DNA of 64,000 nt from contig JAGCXA010000021.1 of NCBI GenBank assembly GCA_017961575.1, positions 2,102 to 66,101 of the forward strand, written 5' to 3'. Both the position numbers and the translations under genes were made by a program. Positions 10,226 to 18,809 of the stretch are shown here, one piece after another. This DNA comes from Clostridia bacterium (lineage in GTDB: Bacteria > Bacillota > Clostridia > Oscillospirales > CAG-272). Positions within the stretch are counted from its first letter, which is position 1. Each line of letters opens with the position of its first letter. Under the pieces are notes generated by a model. It worked only from the letters and a program-made list of their open reading frames with translations. It was not told the origin of the DNA and did not search any database.

Positions 10226-10840
10226 ATGGGATTCGGCGTTCTTCTGTTCGGGTACTTTCTCTACCTGAATACGATCATCCCGGTCTACACCGTCCCCGTC
10301 GCGGGGATCGTGATGGCGTTCGGACTTCACAAACTGAAAGTGTGGAACAGCGGGTTCCGCGGGGCGGCGTACGCCAATCTCGCGACGGTGCTCTACGGGC
10401 TTTTCCCCCTCGGGCTCGCCGTTGCCGACGTCGCCGGTGCGACGGTCTCCGAGACCCTCTCCGCCGCGGCGTCCGCCGGGCTCTATCTTCTCGTCGCGCT
10501 CTTCCACTTCTATCTCGGATCGGGGATCGTCTCGCTCTCGCGGGAGGTCGGACTTCCCCGTTTGCGCTCCCGCGCATTCTTCTTCCGCACCGCCGCCTGC
10601 ATCTATTGGACGCTGTACGCTTTTCTCAACCTGGATCTCGGAGAAAAACTCGAACCCGTCCTCGCGCGGCTGTTCGTTCCGATGGTGGTCGTCGGATTCG
10701 TCGTCTCGCTCGTCGGATTCGCCGTGCTTTTCTCCTGCTACACCGACATCGGGATGCCGGATGAAAAAAACGCCCCGGAAAAACCGGGGTTTCTTGCCCG
10801 TATGAAACAAAAGAACGGAGAGGATCGAAAAGATGGCTGA
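10226..10840 (+). CDS. Hypothetical polytopic membrane protein
   Basis: 204 aa with about 6 hydrophobic segments. Starts 4 nt after the secA stop. No family recognised. Confidence 0.6.
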   Translation: MGFGVLLFGYFLYLNTIIPVYTVPVAGIVMAFGLHKLKVWNSGFRGAAYANLATVLYGLFPLGLAVADVAGATVSETLSAAASAGLYLLVALFHFYLGSGIVSLSREVGLPRLRSRAFFFRTAACIYWTLYAFLNLDLGEKLEPVLARLFVPMVVVGFVVSLVGFAVLFSCYTDIGMPDEKNAPEKPGFLARMKQKNGEDRKDG

Positions 10841-12284
10841 CGTTTCCGCGCGTCATTTCTACCGCAGGCAGAACAAACTGCCCGTCCGGCGGATGCTCGT
10901 CGGGCTCTTTCTCCTGTTCTCCCCGTCGATCAACCTGTTCGATCTGCTCCCCGACTTCATCGGATGCACCCTGATTATCTCGGCGCTGTTCGACGCGTCC
11001 GAGGTGCTTCCCTATTTCGGAGAACTCCGGGACAAATTGAAGACCTATTTCTGGGTCTCGCTCTCGCGCTATCCCGCGCTCTTCGCGATGATGTCGATAT
11101 ACTCGGGCGACTCTTCGCAGCGCTCGATCATCACGGTGTTCGCCGTCGGCTACGCCATCGTCGACCTGATCTGCCTGCTCCCCGCCGTGGGGTACTTCTG
11201 GGAGGCGTTCTTCTATTTCGGCGAGCGTTTCGACTGTCCGGAGGCGATCGCGCCCGTCGGGCGCGTCAAGCCCGAAACGCTACATCGCCTGACGGCGATC
11301 TTCTTCATCGTCCGGGAGGCGGGCTCGTGCCTGCCGGAGTTCGCGCTGATCCCGGTCACGCCGGGCGACCTTTCGTCCTCGACCGTCTCCTTCTGGCTCT
11401 CGCTCTATCCGAAACTCGCCGTCGCGGCGGCAGTCCTCGTCTTCGTCTTCGGGATCTGGCTGTTCACCGTGTTCTGCCGGTATTTCACGCGGCTCTCGCG
11501 CGCCGGGAACGCCGACCGCCTGATCTCGGAACGCTACGAAGAGGACGCCGACCGGATCAATTCCCTGCACACCGTCGAGGGGCTTCGGATCTTCTTCCTG
11601 CTCGTCGCGGTTTCGGTCGCGCTCGGCATCGACGTCGTGTTCGACCGGGTGAACGTCCTGCCCGACGTCTTCTCGGCGGTTTTGACCGTCATTTCCCTGC
11701 TCTTTCTGCGGCGGCGCTTCAACGGAGTGTTCGTCGAGCGGTGCGCGGCGTTTGCCGGCTGCTACGCCGTCGTCTCGACCGTGACGACGGTTCTCTCGAC
11801 GATCTTCTACGACCGCTACGGGATCGACGCCCTCGCGTCGGGCGTTCCGGCGGCGAAACGGCTCTACCTGATCCTCTCGGTTGCGGGCGGGGTGGAAGCG
11901 GCGGCGGCGATCTTCGTCTCGATCCTTCTCTTCGCGGTGCTCGCCCGGCTGATCCCGCTCTCGGTCGGTTCGCTCGGTCACGGGCTCGCGCGTCAGACCG
12001 AGGAGATCGAACGGGCGCTCCGGCGCGAAAACGGCTTCATCCTCGCCGTCTCGCTCCTTTCCGCCGCCGCGACCTTCGCAGAGATCCTGCTTGCCCGCCT
12101 GACAAGTTCGGCGGAGGTGCTTCGCGACCCCGAAAGCGGGCTGACGACCTCGGTCACGATCGCCCGGATCGACTGGTTCTGGATGGTCCCGCTCGTCCTG
12201 TCGATTCTGCGGCTGGTCGTGTTCCTGCATTTTACGGGACGGCTGCGGGACGAAGCGAGAGAAAAGTATATCGGGATCTATTGA
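10833..12284 (+). CDS. Hypothetical polytopic membrane protein with an internal repeat
   Basis: 483 aa. Overlaps the upstream gene by 8 nt (ATGGCTGA). GGAGAGGA RBS. Repeated motif INLFDLLPDFIGCTLIISALF / VNVLPDVFSAVLTVISLLFL. Confidence 0.6.
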   Translation: MADVSARHFYRRQNKLPVRRMLVGLFLLFSPSINLFDLLPDFIGCTLIISALFDASEVLPYFGELRDKLKTYFWVSLSRYPALFAMMSIYSGDSSQRSIITVFAVGYAIVDLICLLPAVGYFWEAFFYFGERFDCPEAIAPVGRVKPETLHRLTAIFFIVREAGSCLPEFALIPVTPGDLSSSTVSFWLSLYPKLAVAAAVLVFVFGIWLFTVFCRYFTRLSRAGNADRLISERYEEDADRINSLHTVEGLRIFFLLVAVSVALGIDVVFDRVNVLPDVFSAVLTVISLLFLRRRFNGVFVERCAAFAGCYAVVSTVTTVLSTIFYDRYGIDALASGVPAAKRLYLILSVAGGVEAAAAIFVSILLFAVLARLIPLSVGSLGHGLARQTEEIERALRRENGFILAVSLLSAAATFAEILLARLTSSAEVLRDPESGLTTSVTIARIDWFWMVPLVLSILRLVVFLHFTGRLRDEAREKYIGIY

Positions 12285-12319
12285 CGCGGCGGACGAGCCG
12301 CGCGGCAAAAAAAAGCGCG

Positions 12320-12346
12320 CCGCCCGTGCAGGTTCTGCACGGGCGG
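12320..12346. terminator. Bidirectional intrinsic terminator between convergent genes
   Basis: ccgcccgtgcag-gtt-ctgcacgggcgg, a 12-bp stem with an A-run upstream and T-rich sequence downstream. Confidence 0.7.
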
Positions 12347-12352
12347 CGTTTA

Positions 12353-13102
12353 TTATTCGGGGTCGGGCGTCTCCGCCCAAGCAGACGCGGACAGGCGCTG
12401 CAAACGGTTGAGCGTCGCCGAGACCTCGCGGTTATCGGGCATATAGCGGTCGAGGGCGGCGTGAAAATCGCGTCCGTGATCGGGATAGCGCAGGTGGAGC
12501 AGTTCGTGGAGCAGCACGTAGGAAAGGCACGCGGGCGGATACTCGGCAAGCGAGAGCGACAGATGGATCGCGCCCTTCCGGTGGTAGCAGGTTCCCCACC
12601 GCCGCGCCATTTTCCGCACCGTGAGAGAAGCGGGGGAAAGCCCGGTCATCCGGGACAGGACGGGGAGCAGTTTTTCCGCCTCGTTCTGTACCTCTTTGCG
12701 GTAGAAGGATTCGAGCGCCGCCGCGCGGCGGGCGGGATCGTCGCTCCGCGCCGAGAGGATCATCCCCTCCTGCGTGAGCGAAACCCCCGGCGCCCCGACG
12801 CGGGAATGAAGGCGCAGGCGTCTTCCCCAGAGAAGGGCGTACTCGCCCTCTCCGTAGCGGCGTTCGCGTCCGGGATCGGCGGGAAAGGTCGCGATCTTCG
12901 CGTCGAGCCACGCGCGTTTGCCCGCGACGATCCGTTCGATCTCGCCCGTCGGGGTCGACGTCGGCGCGGTCACGCGCACCGCCCCGAACGGGGGCAGCAC
13001 GGCGATGGTCACGCGGCGCACGCGGCGCCGGAGCAAAAGAACGGGAAAACCGGCGAGCGTGACGCGCTCTCCGGCGTTGTTTGCTGTCGGTTCGTTCGGC
13101 AT
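12353..13102 (-). CDS. YgjP-like M48/SprT-like metallopeptidase (DUF45)
   Basis: HELLHLRYPDHGRDFHAALDRYMPD zinc motif. Start set to ATG 13102 (GGAGGG RBS). The track ORF is over-extended to 13321. Confidence 0.75.
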   Translation of the reverse strand: MPNEPTANNAGERVTLAGFPVLLLRRRVRRVTIAVLPPFGAVRVTAPTSTPTGEIERIVAGKRAWLDAKIATFPADPGRERRYGEGEYALLWGRRLRLHSRVGAPGVSLTQEGMILSARSDDPARRAAALESFYRKEVQNEAEKLLPVLSRMTGLSPASLTVRKMARRWGTCYHRKGAIHLSLSLAEYPPACLSYVLLHELLHLRYPDHGRDFHAALDRYMPDNREVSATLNRLQRLSASAWAETPDPE

Positions 13103-13170
13103 CCGTTCATCCCTCCCCGGTGAAGAGATCGCCGCCGTACCGAGTACGGCGGCGATCGAAAAAGCGAAAA

Positions 13171-13752
13171 TCAGACGGTCTGCGGATCCGCGCCGGGATC
13201 GGCGATCGGCATCTCCTCCGCGCGCACCTCGCCCTCGTTCACTTCGAGATGCAGGTAGGAAAGCGCCTCGTGCAGAACCGAAAGGAAGGCGTCGTTCACT
13301 TCCAGCGAGACCGAAACGCATTCCCCGTCGTCAAGGATGAAGTAGAGCGTCTGCCAAGTCGCGGGCGACATACTGACGAGAAACTTCATCTGCGTATCGA
13401 CGCGCAGTTCGCGCGGTCCGTCCTCCCCGCGCCGGAACTCGCGGATCTCGGAGAGATCCGAGAAGGAACGCTGGCAGACCGTCGTGGTCTGGTTCCCGCG
13501 GCGCTGATTGACGATCAGGGTCGGGATCCCGCTCATCAGCGTGACGGTGTAGGTGTAATGCAGGAAAAAGAAGCGCGAATAGATCCAGATGTCGGCGACG
13601 GCGAAGAGGAAAAAGGCGATCTGTCCGAAGATCGGTTTCCCCCACTCGAAGACGCAGTAAAGAACCGAGACGACAAGCCCCGCCGTAAGGAACGCGAGCC
13701 ACCAGAGGGGGCGGTTATTCTGCCGTTTCGGCGTATAGGAAAAAGTGCGCAT
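13171..13752 (-). CDS. Hypothetical membrane protein (two N-terminal TM helices plus a soluble domain)
   Basis: 193 aa, hydrophobic WWLAFLTAGLVVSVLYCVF and IAFFLFAVADIWIY. No family recognised. Confidence 0.55.
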   Translation of the reverse strand: MRTFSYTPKRQNNRPLWWLAFLTAGLVVSVLYCVFEWGKPIFGQIAFFLFAVADIWIYSRFFFLHYTYTVTLMSGIPTLIVNQRRGNQTTTVCQRSFSDLSEIREFRRGEDGPRELRVDTQMKFLVSMSPATWQTLYFILDDGECVSVSLEVNDAFLSVLHEALSYLHLEVNEGEVRAEEMPIADPGADPQTV

Positions 13753-13761
13753 AATCCATCC

Positions 13762-14412
13762 TCAATTCAAAGATTCCGTTGCGTCCCCGCCCGAAAAGTC
13801 GAGCACGGGGATACTGGCGTAGGGTTCGGCGGCGTCGGGGGCGGAGGAAAGGTAGACGTCGGCGCGTATCCAGGCGACGCCGTCGAGGTTGACCCCGTCG
13901 AAGCAATACTTCACGGCGCGATACCAAAGGTAACTGCGCCCGATTTCGTCGGTTTTTTCGTAACTGTTCCCGAGATTGTCGAGCAGGCGGACGGTGAAAT
14001 AGGATTCGTCGGGTTTTCCCCCGACGTCTTGTCCCAACGTCTCCGAGAGCCGGGTCATCGTATAGCGGCTGAGACGAAGGGTGAACTGCACCGAGCCGGC
14101 GCCGCGCTCGACGAAGAGGTTGTCGGCGATGAAACTCGCGCGAGCGTTGTCGTCGTAGGGAACGCGGATCTTCGTCTTCTCGGGTTTGACCTTGTGCGTC
14201 TCGGCGTAGGCGGAGAGTTCCGGGGTCATACGGAAACGCCGCAGGTCGCGCGGATAATAGTCCGCGACGATTATCCGGAAGAGCAGGAAACCGACGAACA
14301 GGAACAGCGTAAGTACGACGAACCAGCGCACAAGCCGCAGGACGGGGTGCCGTCCGCGGGGCTCTTCGTCGCCGACGTCGTTATAGTCGCCGTAGCGTTC
14401 GTAATCCTCCAT
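13762..14412 (-). CDS. Hypothetical single-pass membrane protein
   Basis: 216 aa. Acidic N-terminus, TM segment WFVVLTLFLFVGFLLFRIIV, GGGAGGA RBS, consensus promoter upstream. Confidence 0.6.
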   Translation of the reverse strand: MEDYERYGDYNDVGDEEPRGRHPVLRLVRWFVVLTLFLFVGFLLFRIIVADYYPRDLRRFRMTPELSAYAETHKVKPEKTKIRVPYDDNARASFIADNLFVERGAGSVQFTLRLSRYTMTRLSETLGQDVGGKPDESYFTVRLLDNLGNSYEKTDEIGRSYLWYRAVKYCFDGVNLDGVAWIRADVYLSSAPDAAEPYASIPVLDFSGGDATESLN

Positions 14413-14437
14413 AGCATCCTCCCGAACAATCAGATGT

Positions 14438-14466
14438 ATTATACTATATTATTTTAATTTTGTCAA
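14438..14466 (-). promoter_or_regulatory. Consensus SigA promoter
   Basis: Minus strand TTGACA-17 nt-TATAAT (ttgacaaaattaaaataatatagtataat). Confidence 0.6.
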
Positions 14467-14502
14467 CAGACCGAACCGAAAAAGACCGGGAAGCAGAAAA
14501 AG

Positions 14503-14531
14503 GAAACGGGGAGTCGTTCGCTCCCCGTTTC
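14503..14531 (-). terminator. Intrinsic terminator
   Basis: gaaacggggag-7 nt-ctccccgtttc, followed on the minus strand by ctttttctg. Confidence 0.75.
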
Positions 14532-14534
14532 AAA

Positions 14535-14915
14535 TCATTCGTCGACCGTGTTGAAGTCGATCTCCTCTTCTTCGGTTTCCTCGGTCTCTTTCTTTTCCTT
14601 TTGCGGCTCGGTTTCGCCGTCGGCTGAGGGTTCGTCGGTCTTTTCCGCCTGGGCGGCGTCGGTCTCGCCGACGACCGTGAACTCGTCCTCGACCTCCATA
14701 TTCTTGTTCTCGTCTATGCCGAGCATCTTGCTCACTTTCCGTTTCGCGCGGCGCCAGAAGATGACGATGGCGGTGCCGACGACGGCGACAACGCCCGCGA
14801 GCGCCTGGAACAGGAAGGTGGTCGTCGTGGGATCGACGTACGCCGACGACGAAAGGGTAAAGAAGACGGACAGACCGGAAAGCAGGATCAGGGCGGCTGC
14901 CAGTTTGCGTTTCAT
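14535..14915 (-). CDS. Small secreted/membrane protein with a highly acidic C-terminal tail
   Basis: 126 aa. Signal-like N-terminus, AYVDPTTTTFLFQALAGVVAVVGTAIVIFWRR, then an E/D/T-rich tail. Lies 31 nt downstream of the YidC-TagF gene. Confidence 0.6.
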   Translation of the reverse strand: MKRKLAAALILLSGLSVFFTLSSSAYVDPTTTTFLFQALAGVVAVVGTAIVIFWRRAKRKVSKMLGIDENKNMEVEDEFTVVGETDAAQAEKTDEPSADGETEPQKEKKETEETEEEEIDFNTVDE

Positions 14916-14946
14916 TTCGTTTTTCCTCGTTTCGTGTGAAATTGGG

Positions 14947-17034
14947 TCAGGATTTCTTTGCGTTCTTACGGCGTTCCGAGAGGACGCCGATGATATAGTC
15001 GGCGGCGACCTCCCCGCATCTGCCGGGGTTGAAGACGTTTTCGTCGCGGACGGCGGCGATCTGCGCCTTCCAGTCGGCGGAGTGAGCGAGCATTTCCGAA
15101 ACGATACCGCTTGTCTTGTCCTTCACCTCGTCTTTTTCGAGCGAGACGCCGATCCGGTCGCGGAGCGCGACTTCAAGCGGGGTGATCCCGATCTTTTCCC
15201 ATTCGGGATTCTGGCACTTGATCTTGGTATTGACGAAAAGGCAGGGGCGTTCGGTGGTGTAGGAGAACTCGACCGAGATCCCCGACCAGTCGGTGACGAG
15301 CAGATCGGATTCCCAGATCGAGTGGTTCGACGAGAAGTCGGTCTCGAATGTGAGCTCGTCGGGGTCGGCTCCCGCGTAGCGTTCGATCAGTTGATCGAGC
15401 CGGATGCGATAACGCTTGACGTATTCGGGATGGGGGCGGACGGTGATCCGATACCCCTGTCCGAGCAGACCGCCGAGCAGATCGTCGATCACGCTGTCGA
15501 GCAGGTTGTCCTCCTGCCACGACGGGGCGATCAGGATCCGGGGCTTGTCGCCTTTCTTTCCGGGTTTGAAATCGCGGCGCAGATCGTCGAGCAGCACGTA
15601 GCCGCAGGGGATCAGTTTCTTTTCGGGCAGTCCGTAAACCTCCTCGGTCTTCCGGATCTCACGCATCTGCTGGGGTCCGACGCAGAAAACCGTGTCGAAG
15701 TGATCCATCGCGCCTTTGCGGAAGCCCATGTGGACGCTCATCATATCGTGCGGGGTGTAGATATACTCGACGTCGCGTTTGACGTAGGAGCGTTTCAGTT
15801 GGTAGTTGTCGAGGTCGGGGGTCGTCATCAGGACGACTTCGGCGTCCATCTTCATCAGGGTCAGGACGAGTTTGCGCTGCCCTATGTAGTAGGGGACGAG
15901 CCGGGGTTCGCTCTTCGCCCTCTCGAAGATCGCGTCGTCGGGGTCGTTCGTGACGTAGTGGATCTTGACGTTCGTGCGGCGGAGAAGCGACTCGACGACG
16001 TCGGCGTAATACTTCCAGAATCCGCTCTTTTCGGAGTAGACGACGAGATGTTTGTTCGTGACGCGGAAGAAGCGCTTGTAATCGGCTTTCTCGCGTTTCC
16101 GGTTGGGGTCCTTACCTTTCGGTTTGCCCGCCTGCGCGAGCGACCTCAGTTCCGAGAGCGCCGCCTGGCTCTTGCGCAGTTCCTCGTAGTCGACGTGCTT
16201 TTTCGGATTGATCGCGATATTGAGGAGATACATCTGTGCGATCGCGGCGAGATTGGAGAGCGTCCAATAATAGGCGATCCCGGCGGGAACGCCGAATCCG
16301 AGATAGAGCGAGAGGGCGACCGAGAACGCCATCACGCCGTATTTGTTCCAGTTGCTCTGCTCGGCTTGCAGAACCTGGCTCCTGTTCTGCGTGTAGCAGA
16401 GCAGCCAGGACGACGCGGCGGCGATCGCCGGGAAGATCAGCGCGATCCCGAGTTTTTTGATGGGGAGAAGCGCGAGGGACAGACCGAAGAGCGACATTTC
16501 GAGCGACGAGATCGCCGACAGTACCGAGGCGTCGACCGACGCGAAGCGCGCGGCGTATTCCCCGCCCTTGACGAGATCGACCGCCGTCAGCTGAATGGCG
16601 TTGTCGCCCGCCGAAAGACCCGAAATATCCGCCGTGATCGCTCCGATCTCGGAGACGGTCGCGGAATCGAATCCGAGAACGTAGGTCAGGGGGTTGTAGA
16701 TGACCTGCACGATCCCGAGCAGAAGCACGAACTGAATGAGGATCGGGATTAAGCCCACCCACACGTTGTAGCGGTACTTCTTATGGATCTTCGCGTGCTC
16801 CTCGGCGATGGTCTCGGCGTCCCCGAAGTGATGGACGTTCAGCCAGTTGACCTCAGGCTGCATCTTCACGAGTTTGATGCTGTTGTTCTGCACCCAGACC
16901 GAGAGCGGGAGCAGAATGATCTTCGAGATCAAAACGAAGAGCAGGATCGCCAGGGCGTAGTTCCCCGTCAGGCGATAGCAGGGACGGATCACAAGACCGA
17001 GCGCCGTCGCGATCCACGATAAGACTTTCGACAT
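14947..17034 (-). CDS. Fusion protein: YidC/Oxa1-type membrane insertase domain plus CDP-glycerol glycerophosphotransferase (TagB/TagF-like) domain
   Basis: 695 aa. N-terminus GNYALAILLFVLISKIILLPLSVWVQNNSIKLVKMQPE...YYWTLSNLAAIAQ is YidC-like. The C-terminal ~370 aa (VVYSEKSGFWKYY...ILIAPSWQEDN...LLVTDWSGISVEF) is TagF-like. Confidence 0.75.
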   Translation of the reverse strand: MSKVLSWIATALGLVIRPCYRLTGNYALAILLFVLISKIILLPLSVWVQNNSIKLVKMQPEVNWLNVHHFGDAETIAEEHAKIHKKYRYNVWVGLIPILIQFVLLLGIVQVIYNPLTYVLGFDSATVSEIGAITADISGLSAGDNAIQLTAVDLVKGGEYAARFASVDASVLSAISSLEMSLFGLSLALLPIKKLGIALIFPAIAAASSWLLCYTQNRSQVLQAEQSNWNKYGVMAFSVALSLYLGFGVPAGIAYYWTLSNLAAIAQMYLLNIAINPKKHVDYEELRKSQAALSELRSLAQAGKPKGKDPNRKREKADYKRFFRVTNKHLVVYSEKSGFWKYYADVVESLLRRTNVKIHYVTNDPDDAIFERAKSEPRLVPYYIGQRKLVLTLMKMDAEVVLMTTPDLDNYQLKRSYVKRDVEYIYTPHDMMSVHMGFRKGAMDHFDTVFCVGPQQMREIRKTEEVYGLPEKKLIPCGYVLLDDLRRDFKPGKKGDKPRILIAPSWQEDNLLDSVIDDLLGGLLGQGYRITVRPHPEYVKRYRIRLDQLIERYAGADPDELTFETDFSSNHSIWESDLLVTDWSGISVEFSYTTERPCLFVNTKIKCQNPEWEKIGITPLEVALRDRIGVSLEKDEVKDKTSGIVSEMLAHSADWKAQIAAVRDENVFNPGRCGEVAADYIIGVLSERRKNAKKS

Positions 17035-17132
17035 TACACTCCTTCGGCGGAGCGGGGGCTTCCCCCGGACGCCAATTAAAGATAAAAGGCGGCTCGTCCG
17101 CCCGCAAACCGGGGGCGGCGTTCCAATAGTTT

Positions 17133-17161
17133 ATTATACCGCTTCTTGTTACTTCTGTCAA
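17133..17161 (-). promoter_or_regulatory. Consensus SigA promoter of the YidC-TagF operon
   Basis: Minus strand TTGACA-17 nt-TATAAT (ttgacagaagtaacaagaagcggtataat). Confidence 0.6.
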
Positions 17162-17213
17162 TCCCCCGCGCCGAAAAGCGGGGAAAATCGCGCCGTTTTG
17201 CCGCCCGGCGCGC

Positions 17214-17242
17214 TTGACAAAACGGGCGGAAAATGGTATAGT
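17214..17242 (+). promoter_or_regulatory. SigA promoter of the PPIase/sirtuin operon
   Basis: TTGACA-17 nt-TATAGT with TGg extended -10. Confidence 0.6.
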
Positions 17243-17291
17243 AAAAACGGAACGCGCCGCGTTCCGAAACACGAATGCAGGAGGTCGCGCA

Positions 17292-17939
17292 ATGCCCGTT
17301 TCCAAGAACCGTCAGCAGATGAAAACGCAACGAAACCATAAAAACCCCCCGAAAAAGAAAAAAAGAAGTCCGACCCCCTGGATCGTTTTGGCGGCGATCG
17401 TCCTGCTCGTCGGCGGGCTGATCGCCCTGTTTTCGGTCAAGCCGTGGTTGAAGGACTACTACGCCGAGATCGAGATCGAGGACTACGGAACCGTCACGGT
17501 CTTCCTCGACGGACACGCCGCGCCGAAAACCGTCAAGAATTTCGTCAAGTTGGCGGAGTCCGGCTTTTACGACGGAACGACCTTCCACCGGATCATCAAG
17601 GGCTTTATGGCGCAGGGCGGAGCCGGCGACGGAAGCGCCGCGAAGATCAAGGGAGAGTTCAAGGAAAACGGCGTGAACAATCCCTTAAAACACGAGCGCG
17701 GCACGATCTCGATGGCGCGCGCGACCGACTTCAACAGCGGGAACTCCCAGTTCTTCATCTGCCAGACCACCGAGGGGTGCGCCCATCTCGACGGTTCCTA
17801 CGCCGCCTTCGGACACGTAACCGAGGGGATGGAGATCGTGGACGCGATCTGCGATAACGCGCATCCGACCGACAACAACGGCACGATCCCCGCAAGCGAA
17901 CAGCCGGTGATCGTCCGGGTGACGATCCGCGGCAAATAA
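17292..17939 (+). CDS. Membrane-anchored cyclophilin-type peptidyl-prolyl isomerase
   Basis: Start set to ATG 17292 (AGGAGG RBS, downstream of the promoter). Cyclophilin motifs FHRIIKGFMAQGG...GTISMAR...NSQFFI. Confidence 0.85.
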   Translation: MPVSKNRQQMKTQRNHKNPPKKKKRSPTPWIVLAAIVLLVGGLIALFSVKPWLKDYYAEIEIEDYGTVTVFLDGHAAPKTVKNFVKLAESGFYDGTTFHRIIKGFMAQGGAGDGSAAKIKGEFKENGVNNPLKHERGTISMARATDFNSGNSQFFICQTTEGCAHLDGSYAAFGHVTEGMEIVDAICDNAHPTDNNGTIPASEQPVIVRVTIRGK

Positions 17940-17969
17940 ACCTTCATCCGACCGAACAGGAGGACGGTT

Positions 17970-18704
17970 ATGGCAAGCGAAAGCGCAAAGATCCTATCCG
18001 ACCTGATCCGCGAGGCGTCCCGGATCGTCTTTCTCGGCGGGGCGGGCGTCTCGACCGAGAGCGGCATTCCCGATTTCCGCGGGAGCGGCGGACTCTATAC
18101 CGAAAAAGCGAGCATCCCGCCCGAGGTCATTCTTTCGCACACCTTCTTTCTCAACCATACCGAGGAATTCTACCGTTTCTACCGCGAAAAGATGCTCTTC
18201 CCCGACGCGAAACCGAACGAGGCGCACAAGGCGCTGGCGAAACTCGAAAAGATGGGCAAACTGACGGCGGTGCTGACCCAGAACATCGACGGGCTCCATC
18301 AGGCGGCGGGGTCGAAGCGGGTGATCGAACTGCACGGTTCGGTGCTTCGCAACCGCTGCGTCGGGTGCGGGCGCGCCTACGATCTGCCGTTCATCCTGTC
18401 GGGCAAGGGCGTTCCGCTCTGCCCCGTTTGCGGCGGGATCGTAAAGCCGGACGTGGTGCTCTACGAAGAACCGCTGAACGAACGGGATCTTCTCGACGCC
18501 GAACGCGCGGTCGCGGGCGCCGATCTCCTCATCGTCGGGGGGACGTCGCTGACCGTCAATCCGGCGGCGGGACTGGTCCTCTGGTTCTCCGGCGGGAAGT
18601 TCGTCATCATCAACCGCGACCCGACCCCCTACGACGGGATGGCGAACCTGATCCTCCGCGAGCCGATCGGGAAACTGCTCGGCGAGGCGGTCGGGATGCT
18701 CTGA
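17970..18704 (+). CDS. NAD-dependent protein deacylase (Sir2 family)
   Basis: GAGVSTESGIPDFRG, QNIDGLH, zinc ribbon CxxC...CxxC. Confidence 0.9.
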   Translation: MASESAKILSDLIREASRIVFLGGAGVSTESGIPDFRGSGGLYTEKASIPPEVILSHTFFLNHTEEFYRFYREKMLFPDAKPNEAHKALAKLEKMGKLTAVLTQNIDGLHQAAGSKRVIELHGSVLRNRCVGCGRAYDLPFILSGKGVPLCPVCGGIVKPDVVLYEEPLNERDLLDAERAVAGADLLIVGGTSLTVNPAAGLVLWFSGGKFVIINRDPTPYDGMANLILREPIGKLLGEAVGML

Positions 18705-18714
18705 CAAGTAAAAG

Positions 18715-18739
18715 GGACGGCGGCGCGCCGTCCTTTTTT
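18715..18739 (+). terminator. Intrinsic terminator
   Basis: ggacggcg-gcg-cgccgtcc plus tttttt. Confidence 0.7.
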
Positions 18740-18809
18740 CGTTTCGGTTGCGCCGCCTTCATTCTTCCCCTCCCCGTCGCATACAATTTCCCGACTTGTT
18801 TTACCGGGG

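Noticed and set aside
13127-13157. Hairpin gatcgccgccgtac/gtacggcggcgatc as a classical terminator
   Set aside because: The 14-bp stem is strong, but no U-tract follows it on the minus strand, and the YgjP RBS follows directly. It is more likely an intra-operon stabiliser or processing element, so I did not list it as a terminator feature.
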